A stretch of DNA of 64,000 nucleotides from a virus: positions 27,441-91,440 of IMG/VR virus record IMGVR_UViG_3300028569_000022; one strand, given 5' to 3'. The notes beneath the pieces were generated by a model that was not told the DNA's origin, did no database searches, and was given only the letters and a program-made list of their open reading frames with translations. Both the position numbers and the translations under genes were made by a program. Of this stretch, positions 48,753 through 59,120 are shown piece after piece (position 1 is the first letter of the stretch; each line of letters begins with the position of its first letter).

Positions 48753-50210
48753 TTAGTGGCGAGGACAATGAGGTGTTGGTGTAGGAGTGCGAAATGGGCA
48801 CGGAGATGGAGTTGGTGAAGGGGCACAACGTGGTGACGGGAGTGGTTCTGGAGTTGATGAAGGTGTTGGTATTGGAACCGGAGCACATTCAACTATTACG
48901 GGATTTAGTATAGCATTTACAGACATGAAATTTACTCTTCCTTCAGTAAAGACTCCAGTAAAGCGCGCGCCATGTACGTTGTCTCCTTGCAATGAATATC
49001 CAAACGGCATTCCTAATCTGCTCTTGTGGAATATAACATCCGCTCTTATTATGTTATTAACCGACACGTACATAACTAGTCTGTTCGAATCAGTTTCAAA
49101 ACCAGACCCATCAGTGTAGTATAGAGTATCATTATATATAGCATCTAAATACACCACACTTTGGTGATCTGCTTCACAACCCATCAGGCAATATTTGATT
49201 ACCTTAGGAGGTAATGAAGGAGTTGGAGTAGGTGAAGCGATTATTGCAATAGTTGGAGTTGGAGTAACAGTTACGGTCGGAGTTACAGTCGGAGTTACGG
49301 TCGGAGTTACGGTCGGAGTTGGCGTAGGTGAAGGAGTAACTCTCATTGGTACACACGGTTGACGTTTGTCAATAATCGTGGTTTTATATAACTCATAAAA
49401 ATCTGCAGCTTGCTGTTGAGTAAGTCCTTTAAGAATTGCCACAAACGAGAGATGTTGCTCAGAAAAAAACGAATTTTGCAGAAGATTATTTGAATTATAT
49501 CCACCGATGTATAAATTTATGTTTGGAAGAACGTCTAGTGTTGGATGTGGAGTTGGAGTTTCGTTAGTAACTACAGATTGAGCTATTCCGTTCTTGTGAA
49601 TGAATGCCTCGTTGGCTCCTGAACGTGATGCTAACCAAAACCCTGGAGAGCCGCTTATTTCTGTAGTTAGTGTCTCGGATTTATATGAACTAAAAAATCT
49701 TACTGGACCAATTTCGCTTATATCTAGTCCTAATTTAGCCTGTTGGCTTTCATAGGCTCCAACCGTACCGTATTCTGTAGTAGAAGGTCGATATTGAGGA
49801 TCAATTACTTCAACAACTAATGAAACATTGTTTGGAGAAAAGCCAGCAGATAGCGGATTTAATGTTGTATCAATAAAACTTGTTGAATTTCCGGAAAAAT
49901 TAGCTCCGCACAAATTCCAACTAACGCCATAAGCAACAGCATCAAAATACCCTAGTTGTTCTTCTTGTGCACAGAGACACGGATGCTCCGTGTATCCCAG
50001 ACCGCCGATTGAATATACGGTTGGAGAAATTCCTACATTTTTATCAGTAGTTAAGAACCAACACGCAACATCATTCCATAATCCTAAGTCATATAGACCT
50101 TCCACAAATCTGAACACCATTCTACGATTTTTAGATTGAGGAGTTAAAGAAGAAATTCTATTAAAGTACTCCTGGACTTTTAAAAATGAAATATTGGATG
50201 TTATAAACAT
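48753..50210 (-). CDS. Probable virion protein with LamG-like region, (PTVT)n mucin tract and 'FGY' module
   Basis: LYIGG; TPSPTPTPTVTPTVTPTVTPTVTVTPTPT; Cys/Pro-rich C-terminus. Confidence 0.6.
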   Translation of the reverse strand: MFITSNISFLKVQEYFNRISSLTPQSKNRRMVFRFVEGLYDLGLWNDVACWFLTTDKNVGISPTVYSIGGLGYTEHPCLCAQEEQLGYFDAVAYGVSWNLCGANFSGNSTSFIDTTLNPLSAGFSPNNVSLVVEVIDPQYRPSTTEYGTVGAYESQQAKLGLDISEIGPVRFFSSYKSETLTTEISGSPGFWLASRSGANEAFIHKNGIAQSVVTNETPTPHPTLDVLPNINLYIGGYNSNNLLQNSFFSEQHLSFVAILKGLTQQQAADFYELYKTTIIDKRQPCVPMRVTPSPTPTPTVTPTVTPTVTPTVTVTPTPTIAIIASPTPTPSLPPKVIKYCLMGCEADHQSVVYLDAIYNDTLYYTDGSGFETDSNRLVMYVSVNNIIRADVIFHKSRLGMPFGYSLQGDNVHGARFTGVFTEGRVNFMSVNAILNPVIVECAPVPIPTPSSTPEPLPSPRCAPSPTPSPCPFRTPTPTPHCPRH

Positions 50211-50214
50211 AAAA

Positions 50215-51369
50215 TTACCATATAGAAGACTTGTTTTTGTAGTCCCATCTCAGAGAGCATGAATAGTTTGAAGACAGGATTATGTATTGTGATGAAGTGC
50301 AATCGTTTCTTACGAAGTTGAAGTCAGAACTCGTAATAGTTATTACTGACGTACTTTTATTTGTTAGAGTATAAAGCGTGCCTTTAACTCCGTTTACAAA
50401 TCTTTCTATTGTTACATCTGAGTCTGAATGTAACTCTACATCATTTCCTTTTCTTGGTAGTTCTGTGCATTCTGAAGCTATTGTGGTTGCTGTATCGAAT
50501 ACGACAAGAGAAGGATCAGTTGAGGCAAATGAACTACCAAAATCAGTTTTTTTAGTCCAAATGCTTCCTTTAACTAAAACGTCTGCTCCAAATGTAGCAA
50601 GATCTTCACAGCAAAGAGTGTGGACTGTAGTCTGATTTGCTGAGAGTATATTTGAAGTAGTGTGATGAGAGGATAACCTATCAGTTGTAGCAAATCCTGC
50701 TGATAAAATATTTGATCTCGTATTATATGCGGACAGAGAAACTATTGAAGCATTAGTAGCAGTCAACGAACCTGTTTTAAGTGTTGTTGAAAAAATTTCT
50801 CCAGAAGCACTAATATTTCCTAAAACGGTAAATCTTTCATTCGGTTCTGTTGTGTTTACTCCAATGAATCCAGGACGCTCTTGTGTGCCTTCTATATAAA
50901 ATACGCTATTTCCACTATCTGTAAAATTTGCAATAGCATTATTCCCTGTCTGATCTACATTTAAAGCGGGTCCGTCTCCAGTATTTGTAATGGTTACTGC
51001 TGATGTAGCATAAACAAGAGTTTCAATACGAGAGAATTCTCCATCAATTTGAATGTTGCCTTTAACTCTTAAGTCTCGCTCTACTGTCACGTCTCTACCA
51101 AAATATACATCATGTACAACCGAAAGATTGTGTGCAACCGTTAAGTCGTTTCCAACTAGTACGTTGTTTCCAAACGTTCCGTTTATATCTGCTGTCAGGC
51201 TTTGTGTTGTGATTAGATCACCTTGTGAATAAAACTCTCCTGTGAAGGGAGAATCAAACGAAGCAATAGGATCGTATCCTTTATCTGGATACTTTGCATC
51301 TCTAATCTCATTCGCAGGCACAGAATGGTGATTAAATCTGTGAAATTTTTGATGGAGTCTGTTGCTCAT
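50215..51369 (-). CDS. Fibre-like structural protein (beta-helix-type repeats)
   Basis: VGNDLTV/VERDLRV repeats; IGVNTTEPNERFTVLGNISASG. Confidence 0.65.
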   Translation of the reverse strand: MSNRLHQKFHRFNHHSVPANEIRDAKYPDKGYDPIASFDSPFTGEFYSQGDLITTQSLTADINGTFGNNVLVGNDLTVAHNLSVVHDVYFGRDVTVERDLRVKGNIQIDGEFSRIETLVYATSAVTITNTGDGPALNVDQTGNNAIANFTDSGNSVFYIEGTQERPGFIGVNTTEPNERFTVLGNISASGEIFSTTLKTGSLTATNASIVSLSAYNTRSNILSAGFATTDRLSSHHTTSNILSANQTTVHTLCCEDLATFGADVLVKGSIWTKKTDFGSSFASTDPSLVVFDTATTIASECTELPRKGNDVELHSDSDVTIERFVNGVKGTLYTLTNKSTSVITITSSDFNFVRNDCTSSQYIILSSNYSCSLRWDYKNKSSIW

Positions 51370-51382
51370 TGTCGAAGATTAT

Positions 51383-51559
51383 TTAATCGAACCAGGACTT
51401 AAAAACCGACAAATCCAATTCTTCTAATTGGGTTATCAGCATTTCGATAGCAACTTCGCACTCCTTAGTCGAATTTAAACTACTTGCCAGCACGTCTATG
51501 ATATTGTTTTCTATTAAATCTTCAACTATTGCTTCTATCTCGTTGTTTTTGCTGTGCAT
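51383..51559 (-). CDS. Small acidic hypothetical protein
   Basis: ATG 51559 with TAAATA 11 nt upstream, divergent from 51601. Confidence 0.5.
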   Translation of the reverse strand: MHSKNNEIEAIVEDLIENNIIDVLASSLNSTKECEVAIEMLITQLEELDLSVFKSWFD

Positions 51560-51600
51560 AAATGTATTGCTATTTATCAACTTGCAGCTTAAATAAATTT

Positions 51601-53748
51601 ATGGCAACAATTGAAGAAATCGGAAGGCTAGCTAGAGACTCACAAGTCATAAAAAGAGCTGTCAATACAAGCATGACATCTAACAAAGCAGTTCCTTCTA
51701 AAAAAGCGGCGTCTGACTGGTTTTTTGAGCACATGGGTGTTATGGACGGACAGACAAACCCCCAAACAACAGAAGGAACTACGATTGATAGATATTCAAG
51801 ACTACATTTACAAAAAACCGCTTCAAGTTATTTTGCTGCAGAAGGAGCAGCAGAGGCTCCTACTAAAATTGGTCCTGATACCGTTAAGCCAACTGCATTA
51901 CCTACTGAAGGGTTTGCTGCAAGAATAGCTGAAACTGCTCAAACCGCGAGAACCAATATCAGTCAAGTATTAAAGCCTATATCATCTTCTACTGGCTCCA
52001 CTTTAGGTACAAACACATTGATGACAACTAGTCCACTGGGGTCTCCACAAGCCATATCACACTCCATGGCAGCACTTTCTAACAGCGTCAATCCTTCATT
52101 TACACAAAAGTTGGATTCTACTTTTAAAAAATATAAAGTTGATGGTTTAACTCACATGCCAGGAAAAATGATGGGATCAATTCAGCATCTAGCAAATGCT
52201 GCAAGCAAATTGTTGTCCGTTCCTTTAGAATTTATGTCTGATATGTATAGAGGAGTAATGAAGCTAGCAAAATCAATAGCTAAAATTGCAGATTCCATTA
52301 TAACCATGGTGACTAAGTTTTTCATTGGACCTGGAGGCCTAATGGATAGCCTTATGGGATCAGGTTTAGTTAAGGGGTTTTTAAGTATCGTTAAACAAAT
52401 AGGAGCAAAAGCTTTAACATTAGTTCAATCATTTGGTGGAGCCAACCTCATAGGTAGTTTGACAGGCTCTCTTGGAAATTTTGCGTCAATGGGTTCTAAA
52501 TTTTTAAGCAATCCTATGGCTTTAGCTCAAAGTTACTTACCACAGATGCCTGGTGGGCTCGGAGGATTAGTTGGCTCTTTAGGAGGTGGGCTCGGAGGAT
52601 TAGCTGGCTCTTTTGGAGGCTTAGCAGGAGGTCTAGGAGGAGGCGGCCTTGGAGGAGCAATTGGAGGACTGGGAGGCGGTCTTGGAGGAGCTATTGGAGG
52701 GTTGACCGGCTCTTTAGGAGGCGGACTTGGAGGCTTAGCAGGAGGTCTGGGAGGTAAACTTGGAGGCTTAGCTGGTTCTCTGGGAGGCGGACTTGGAGGC
52801 GGTCTTGGAGGAGCCATTGGAGGCTTAACTAGTTCTTTTGGAGGTGGACTCGGAGGCATAGCTGGTTCTTTGGGAAGTAGTCTGGGAGGTGGACTTGGAG
52901 GCATGGCAGGCGGTCTCAGAGGTTTAACTGGTAGTTTAGGAGGTGGACTTGGAGGCATGGCAGGCGGTCTTGGAGGTTTAACTGGTGGACTTGGAGGCAT
53001 GGCAGGCGGTCTCGGAGGTTTAACTGGTGGACTTGGAGGTGGAATTAATAATGCAATTGGTTCAACAATAAGTGGATTTGGCGGAGGAAAGGCACTCGGA
53101 GGCGGAGGCATTGGAGGGGCCTTAACAGGCCTAGCAGGTTCCGTAGGAGGTAGTTTAGGAGGGTTGGGTGGAGGAGCTATTGGTGGAATAACTGGAATGC
53201 TTGGATCTTTTAAAGGCGGAGGAGGCATGGTCGGCAACTTAACTGGAGCTTTTGGTGGTAATATAGGAGGCATTGCAAGTGGAGTTGCTTCCGCTCTCAT
53301 GTCTGGAGGAGGAGGTGGAATATTCAGTAAAATTACTGCTCTTGCTGGAAATCTTTCTTCTATGGCTGATCCGTCCCGAATTATGTCTATGCTGGTTCCA
53401 CCTCAACTTGGAAGTCAGTTAGGTGGTCTGTCTAAAGCACCAGGATTAGGATTTCAGGGAAATCTTGGATATGGTGTTGGAAATAAATTCGACGCAGTTA
53501 AGGGAATGGCTATGCAAGGTGCTCTATCGACTCTTGGAGGTCAAGCTGGAATTTTAGCTCCTTTATTGGGACTTGCAACAAGCAAACCAAATTTAACAGA
53601 CAAAGCAGCAAATGGTCCGTTAGCTGCAACAGAGTGTAGTTTCAGTCCAGGACAAATTGCAGCACACGGACATATACAAGAAACTGATAGTTCTGCAAGA
53701 GCAATATTTTTCCAAAAGGGTGAGTTTGCTGATCAAAGAAAAATTTAA
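51601..53748 (+). CDS. Glycine-rich (GGL/GGM repeat) protein adjacent to the baseplate hub gene
   Basis: About 260 aa of GGLGG(L/M/A)AG repeats. ATG 51601 with TAAATA 5 nt upstream. Confidence 0.7.
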   Translation: MATIEEIGRLARDSQVIKRAVNTSMTSNKAVPSKKAASDWFFEHMGVMDGQTNPQTTEGTTIDRYSRLHLQKTASSYFAAEGAAEAPTKIGPDTVKPTALPTEGFAARIAETAQTARTNISQVLKPISSSTGSTLGTNTLMTTSPLGSPQAISHSMAALSNSVNPSFTQKLDSTFKKYKVDGLTHMPGKMMGSIQHLANAASKLLSVPLEFMSDMYRGVMKLAKSIAKIADSIITMVTKFFIGPGGLMDSLMGSGLVKGFLSIVKQIGAKALTLVQSFGGANLIGSLTGSLGNFASMGSKFLSNPMALAQSYLPQMPGGLGGLVGSLGGGLGGLAGSFGGLAGGLGGGGLGGAIGGLGGGLGGAIGGLTGSLGGGLGGLAGGLGGKLGGLAGSLGGGLGGGLGGAIGGLTSSFGGGLGGIAGSLGSSLGGGLGGMAGGLRGLTGSLGGGLGGMAGGLGGLTGGLGGMAGGLGGLTGGLGGGINNAIGSTISGFGGGKALGGGGIGGALTGLAGSVGGSLGGLGGGAIGGITGMLGSFKGGGGMVGNLTGAFGGNIGGIASGVASALMSGGGGGIFSKITALAGNLSSMADPSRIMSMLVPPQLGSQLGGLSKAPGLGFQGNLGYGVGNKFDAVKGMAMQGALSTLGGQAGILAPLLGLATSKPNLTDKAANGPLAATECSFSPGQIAAHGHIQETDSSARAIFFQKGEFADQRKI

Positions 53749-53756
53749 TAATAAAT

Positions 53757-56276
53757 ATGAGACAACACTGGGGAAACCACTTGGGAATCTGCGTTAATAA
53801 TGCAGATCCAGAAAAAAGAGGAAGAATTCAAGTATTCGTTCCTCATATTATGCCGGCATTATTCGAGGAATGGAATGAAGACGGGAAAGATATTACTATG
53901 GAGTGTGTCGGAGATAATATTCCTAATGGGCTAAGTTCTAGTATCGTTGAGCGGTTAATAAAAATACTTCCATGGGCAGAGGCAGCTTCACCCATCGTTG
54001 GTATGTCTGGTGGAGGAGGAAGTGTTACGTCAGGTGCATCTATAGGAGAGGCAATTGCTGCTCAAACAGGAAATCCCGTTCCTGGAGTTGACTCCTCAGC
54101 AGGAGTTCCAGGAGCACCTACACAAGGTACTGTATTAGATCAATCTCCAACAACAGTAGATCCTGGTAATGCTCAGCCTCCACCAAGCTCACCAGGAGGA
54201 CCGATAAAATTTTCTGATAAAGCTAGTGAGGGAAAGGGAATGAGCACTATGCCTGGAGGAACCAATGGAAATTGGGGAGGAAGTATTCAAGTGTTAAGTG
54301 ATTTACTGCCTGAAGGATACAATTATCAACCATCTAGCACTAAACGGAAATATCCGCCACCAGATAACTCATATACAAACAACCCGAATTCTGATCACAA
54401 CTGGGCTTGGGATAATGCTTATGGTATTGATTTGGCTGCAAGAACATTTGGTTCAGGATTAACTACAAGAGGATCAGCAGCATTTAACAAAGCTAGTGAA
54501 TGTGCATTGGGAATTTGGAATAACATTCGTGCTCAAGTAGGTAAAGCTCCTTACCCGCCAGGCACTCCGTGGACTGCTCAACTGGCAGCTGAAGCTAAAG
54601 CAAGCGTAGTGCTTCCAAGTGGGTATCGAACTCAATTGATATGGTGGGCTGACTCGGGTCATAAAAACCATATACATTTTGGAGTAAAGTATCAAGGGCC
54701 TACAAAATCAACAATGAGCGAAAGTGCAAAACCTCCTCCTGTTGCTCCTTCAAGTTCAAAAGACGGCGGGTTAAAAGCTAGTGACAAAACGGTGCCTGCC
54801 AACCAGCCATCTTTAGTAGGTACCAAATCAGAAATGGGAGATTGTCCTCCGCCTGCTCCATCTACATTACAAAGTTTAGGAGGAAGCCCTGCTCCTCCAG
54901 GAATTTTACCTGGAGGAGAAGGGATTGCAAGTACGACTGGAGGAAAACAGACCGCTCCTGCTGGAGTCTCGCCTGAAGCAGTGCACTATGCTATGAGAAT
55001 GGCGGCTGGTGAAACTGGAGCAACAGGCAATCCAGGTTCAGGAAAATCTACTGCAAATTACATCAGTCAAGTGAATAACACGATTGCAATGTCTCAAGGA
55101 ATTAAAAACGGAATGGAAGTAAGAGGAGTTTCATTCAAAAGAATTGATGAAATTGCTGAAACTCTTAAAGCTCAAGGTAAAGTAGACGGGACCGTATTAG
55201 ATATTGGTTACACTCAGCATAACGCAAGAGATGCAAAAGCATACGGCATTAAAAATAGTGGTGGTTATAAAGAGCAAATACTATCAGTAGCAGCACACGT
55301 TCAAAAGCAAATAAACAAAAATCCAGCTTTTGCTGCACAATTAGCTAAAGGAGACTATGTAAATGCTGAATACGTGGGGAAAACGGGACCGGTTCCTGGA
55401 TGGAATACTTCAATTTACAAAGACACCCATAAAGCTAATAAAGCTACGTTGACTAACCGCATTAACAAAGAATACGGAGGAGATCCAATGGCTGCTTTAG
55501 ATGCTTTTGATAAAATATATCCAGCAACTGATAGCATAGAGACAATGATGGGACCTGGATACAAGCCTCCTGCTGGAGGTGGTGGTGGCGGTTCAGACCC
55601 TCTTGCTTGTCCTGCAGATCCGAATGCTCCTCCGTCTGAGACTAATTTGGCAAACAGAACAAGTGATCACGGTCCTCTTGTAGTAAAAAACACAAACGAT
55701 ACTCCAAACGGGTTGTTTGCGTATCCTTCTGTAGGAGCTATGATTTGGGTATTCTTTAGAGAAGGAAATCCTCTATTTCCAGTCTACTTTGCCGCAAGCT
55801 TTGGTAAATCGGAATGGTCAGGAGCATATAAGCAAGGATCGCCAGCACCCGGAATTGCATACAATGGAGAGGGCCCAGGTGGAGGATTCTCTCATGGCAC
55901 AGAATTTAAACCCACACCAGCTGGAGGAATATCTACTGTATATACAGTGAATCCCACAGATCCATCAAAAGACCAAAAAAGCATTATGTTGTATGCTGAC
56001 GATGGATCTAATGTCTTTTTAGGAACTGGATATAATCAGTATTTTTCTCAGCATGATAGAATTGATTACGTCACAGAAGACAGATTCAACACAACAATGG
56101 GGTATAAAGAACAATGGGTTCAAGGAGATACTAATACTGTAATCATGGGTGATTGTTATATTAAAATAGGAGACGTATCTCAACGGGCTGTTGATGCTAT
56201 GGAACAAATTAAAAAATATACAGAGGAAATTCAAGCTCCGCTGCTGAAGTCAAATAGTCCTGGTGGTGGTGGTTGA
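53757..56276 (+). CDS. gp5: Baseplate hub/puncturing protein, T4 gp5-like OB fold with large insertion
   Basis: GICVNNADPEKRGRIQVFVP...LPWAE at the N-terminus; P.VGAMIWVFFREGNP.FPVY at about aa 655; V.GD beta-helix repeats at the C-terminus. Confidence 0.8.
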   Translation: MRQHWGNHLGICVNNADPEKRGRIQVFVPHIMPALFEEWNEDGKDITMECVGDNIPNGLSSSIVERLIKILPWAEAASPIVGMSGGGGSVTSGASIGEAIAAQTGNPVPGVDSSAGVPGAPTQGTVLDQSPTTVDPGNAQPPPSSPGGPIKFSDKASEGKGMSTMPGGTNGNWGGSIQVLSDLLPEGYNYQPSSTKRKYPPPDNSYTNNPNSDHNWAWDNAYGIDLAARTFGSGLTTRGSAAFNKASECALGIWNNIRAQVGKAPYPPGTPWTAQLAAEAKASVVLPSGYRTQLIWWADSGHKNHIHFGVKYQGPTKSTMSESAKPPPVAPSSSKDGGLKASDKTVPANQPSLVGTKSEMGDCPPPAPSTLQSLGGSPAPPGILPGGEGIASTTGGKQTAPAGVSPEAVHYAMRMAAGETGATGNPGSGKSTANYISQVNNTIAMSQGIKNGMEVRGVSFKRIDEIAETLKAQGKVDGTVLDIGYTQHNARDAKAYGIKNSGGYKEQILSVAAHVQKQINKNPAFAAQLAKGDYVNAEYVGKTGPVPGWNTSIYKDTHKANKATLTNRINKEYGGDPMAALDAFDKIYPATDSIETMMGPGYKPPAGGGGGGSDPLACPADPNAPPSETNLANRTSDHGPLVVKNTNDTPNGLFAYPSVGAMIWVFFREGNPLFPVYFAASFGKSEWSGAYKQGSPAPGIAYNGEGPGGGFSHGTEFKPTPAGGISTVYTVNPTDPSKDQKSIMLYADDGSNVFLGTGYNQYFSQHDRIDYVTEDRFNTTMGYKEQWVQGDTNTVIMGDCYIKIGDVSQRAVDAMEQIKKYTEEIQAPLLKSNSPGGGG

Positions 56277-56397
56277 GAACCTGCTAAGCCTAATGCAGCA
56301 ACACCTAATATGGCTGTAACTATTCCGGAAAACATGAGATTTAATCCCAAACATGTAAAATATTTGAAAAATAAAATTTTATACATAAGATAACTAT

Positions 56398-57840
56398 ATG
56401 GCACAACGTCAAATTACATGTCCTTTCTGTACAGGAAGTGTGTTAACAAAAGATACAGGAAAGGCTACGTCAACTATGCCGCTAATGAAAGCGAGGTTTG
56501 CAGTAAAAATGCCTTTAATGAGTGTAGCGTCAAAAATTTTTGAAGATCCTGAAAAATCAAAAAAAAGTTTATTAACAGGACCATGCAAAGCATGTGGTGG
56601 AAAAGGAACCATTCCAGATCCACAAGACGATACTGACAAATATGATCAATCAGCAAAAGCAGCGAAAGGTGCTGCACCCAAAATATTAGAAGAGGAGAAC
56701 AAACTGGGACAACCTGGCGGCAACAGATATACAATAATAAGAGGAAGTGATTTGCTTGAAGTTGGGTTGGGATTTAACGACAAACCTTCATATAGAGTGG
56801 ATAAAGGCACATCTGTAGCAAACGGTGGGATAGGTAACTCAAAGGTTCCTATGCTTCCTGCAGGAGCTAAAAGAAACACAGTTGTAGGAATACAATCAAT
56901 GTGGCCAGAAGATTCTGGAAACTATATGATAAAATGTGCTAACAATTTTCAGGTGTTAGTTGGGTCTGGAGGAATAAAAATGACAACAGGAGGCCCTATA
57001 GTTATAAGTGGCGGCATTACACAAATTACTGGTCCTGAAATTACAATTGGATCGGGCACTGGAGGGGTAACTATAGAAGGAGAGACTGTTCATTTAAGAG
57101 GAAAGAGTATAGAAGCCGCTCCTTCTGAAGGGCACTTCTTTGTAAAGGGAACAATAAGCAATACAGGTAACGTATCTGTTGGGGGACACATGCATGCTGA
57201 AAGTACTTCGTTTGTTAATGCTATGTGTGCTGGTAGAAATGACTCTACAGTTTGTAAACCGTCAGCTTCCTCTGATGGTTATACGGGACCGGCAGTATGG
57301 GGAGGAATTGCTGTCAAAGGACTTACTGCTGCAATGAAGGATTTGGTAGCTTATGTAACCACTCCGTTTTCAGAACCAGAAGGAAAAGGAAATTTACTCA
57401 CGTCTCCAAGAGGACAAGCTGGACTGAAGGACAAAATGAAGGCTATAACATATCAAATGCGGCCATGGGAGCAGAAAGAAACAGGATATATCTTACCAGG
57501 AACTAGTATAAAACTAGTTGGGACTTGTCCTTGTAATTATGGTGGAACTGCTGCTGGTTCATTTAACTGTATAGCTACCAATTTTATTAAATTAAATAAT
57601 TTTCCTCACAATCACGGAATATTTGATGGGATGCATACACATGATATTCGAGTGCCAGATATGGACTTTACTGCTGATAATGCTGAAGAGCTAAGAAATA
57701 AAGTATTGCCTAGCTTGGATCAAAATAGTCCTGCTCACATAGATAATTCATCTAAGACCAAGCAAGATTTGATGACAGTAGTTAAGGCTAAGGTATCAGG
57801 TTTTATAGTAAGCAAGATTATAGGAAAAGCAATTGCTTGA
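56398..57840 (+). CDS. Probable spike / gp5 C-terminal partner with CxxCxG Zn-finger
   Basis: CPFCTG, CKACGGKG, Gly-spaced beta-strand repeats, late HNH/HTH motifs. Confidence 0.55.
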   Translation: MAQRQITCPFCTGSVLTKDTGKATSTMPLMKARFAVKMPLMSVASKIFEDPEKSKKSLLTGPCKACGGKGTIPDPQDDTDKYDQSAKAAKGAAPKILEEENKLGQPGGNRYTIIRGSDLLEVGLGFNDKPSYRVDKGTSVANGGIGNSKVPMLPAGAKRNTVVGIQSMWPEDSGNYMIKCANNFQVLVGSGGIKMTTGGPIVISGGITQITGPEITIGSGTGGVTIEGETVHLRGKSIEAAPSEGHFFVKGTISNTGNVSVGGHMHAESTSFVNAMCAGRNDSTVCKPSASSDGYTGPAVWGGIAVKGLTAAMKDLVAYVTTPFSEPEGKGNLLTSPRGQAGLKDKMKAITYQMRPWEQKETGYILPGTSIKLVGTCPCNYGGTAAGSFNCIATNFIKLNNFPHNHGIFDGMHTHDIRVPDMDFTADNAEELRNKVLPSLDQNSPAHIDNSSKTKQDLMTVVKAKVSGFIVSKIIGKAIA

Positions 57841-58596
57841 TTACTTGTTTATTTTAACGTAATGTGATACTAATTTGTTTGCCACTCCAAGAGGATCTAC
57901 ATCAAGCATTTCCAAAGGCAAGTTTCTTACCAGCTCCGCAAATTTTATAAAATCTACAGCTCTTGGTTTGTCTAATATAAATTCGTCTCCAGACAATACT
58001 GTAAACACATTACCTATATAATCTGTTCTGTCACAATTTTTTTCAAACTCTTGAAGGTGTAAATCTGCCATTTGATCGAACTTTTCTCCAATGGCGGTAA
58101 TTAACGGAACATAAGTAGTTGGGCAAAAATCATCAGCAACCTCTAAGTCTTGAATAGTAAGCGGAACATAAGTGTCGTCTACACATTCTAACACAAATCT
58201 ATCCCAAGGGTGATCAGGGATACTCGCAATTTCTTCTTGTATAGCATCATTTAATTGTTCTGCTTCTAGTGCTAACTCATCAATTGCTTGAGTGGTTCTT
58301 CTAATATCTTCATCAACAAGATCACCAAGCGAATATGGAGCCGAATAAGGGTCTGTAAGATCAACCGTTGATAAGGGTGGTAAAACTATAGTCTGAGCTT
58401 GAATAATTTCTTCAATTGGCCAATCAAGAGAAGAAATGTCCGAAATTGTTAAGTTTGGATTTTCAATTGGAATTACTACTTCATCAAAAGAAATGTCCAA
58501 AGACATTTCTGGAATTTTTGTAGTTTCCAGCGGAAATGTATCATCGACTACGTCAATTCCTTCGCCAGGAAGAGGAGAAGATTCAGGTATACTCAT
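57841..58596 (-). CDS. Acidic hypothetical protein
   Basis: 251-aa ORF, abuts the convergent gene. Confidence 0.5.
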   Translation of the reverse strand: MSIPESSPLPGEGIDVVDDTFPLETTKIPEMSLDISFDEVVIPIENPNLTISDISSLDWPIEEIIQAQTIVLPPLSTVDLTDPYSAPYSLGDLVDEDIRRTTQAIDELALEAEQLNDAIQEEIASIPDHPWDRFVLECVDDTYVPLTIQDLEVADDFCPTTYVPLITAIGEKFDQMADLHLQEFEKNCDRTDYIGNVFTVLSGDEFILDKPRAVDFIKFAELVRNLPLEMLDVDPLGVANKLVSHYVKINK

Positions 58597-58627
58597 GCAT
58601 ATAATTTATGTAACTACCCACATAAAA

Positions 58628-59116
58628 TCAAATAAAAAATTCACTCAAGAAGTTTTCCCATTGCTCGTGATGTTCTGCTAGATCTTCTTGCCCGTAAATG
58701 CAAAACACGGTTTTGGAAAGTTGTCTGTAATAATCAGGTGAAGGAGCTCCGTGAAATTCCCATCTTTTTTTAAGAGCAGGTAAATGGAACGATAGCGATA
58801 TTAACGTTTTTGTGGCAAAAGATAACCCTTTGTCTTCAGACATCATAGGAAGAATATTTTTAGTCTTATTAAAGTGTTGAAAGATTGAAACGGCTACTCT
58901 AAAACACTCATCTTCAGATGAGGCAAATTTCGACATTAAACACACTATATAAATGATATCAATGGGTTTGGATAATAAAATTTTATGCTTATCTAAAAAA
59001 ACCTTTGACCCAATTGCATCCAAAATGCTTTTTTTGAGATCAGTGTCTTCTGAAAACAAACTTTTGATAGACGAACCTTCTTTTGCTGTATACAGTTCGT
59101 CTATCAAATTGACCAT
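58628..59116 (-). CDS. Hypothetical protein
   Basis: 162-aa ORF 4 nt downstream of phoH. Confidence 0.55.
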   Translation of the reverse strand: MVNLIDELYTAKEGSSIKSLFSEDTDLKKSILDAIGSKVFLDKHKILLSKPIDIIYIVCLMSKFASSEDECFRVAVSIFQHFNKTKNILPMMSEDKGLSFATKTLISLSFHLPALKKRWEFHGAPSPDYYRQLSKTVFCIYGQEDLAEHHEQWENFLSEFFI

Positions 59117-59120
59117 TTAT

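Noticed and set aside
52533-53300. 255-aa proline-rich minus-strand ORF
   Set aside because: Antisense shadow of the GGN-rich glycine repeat.
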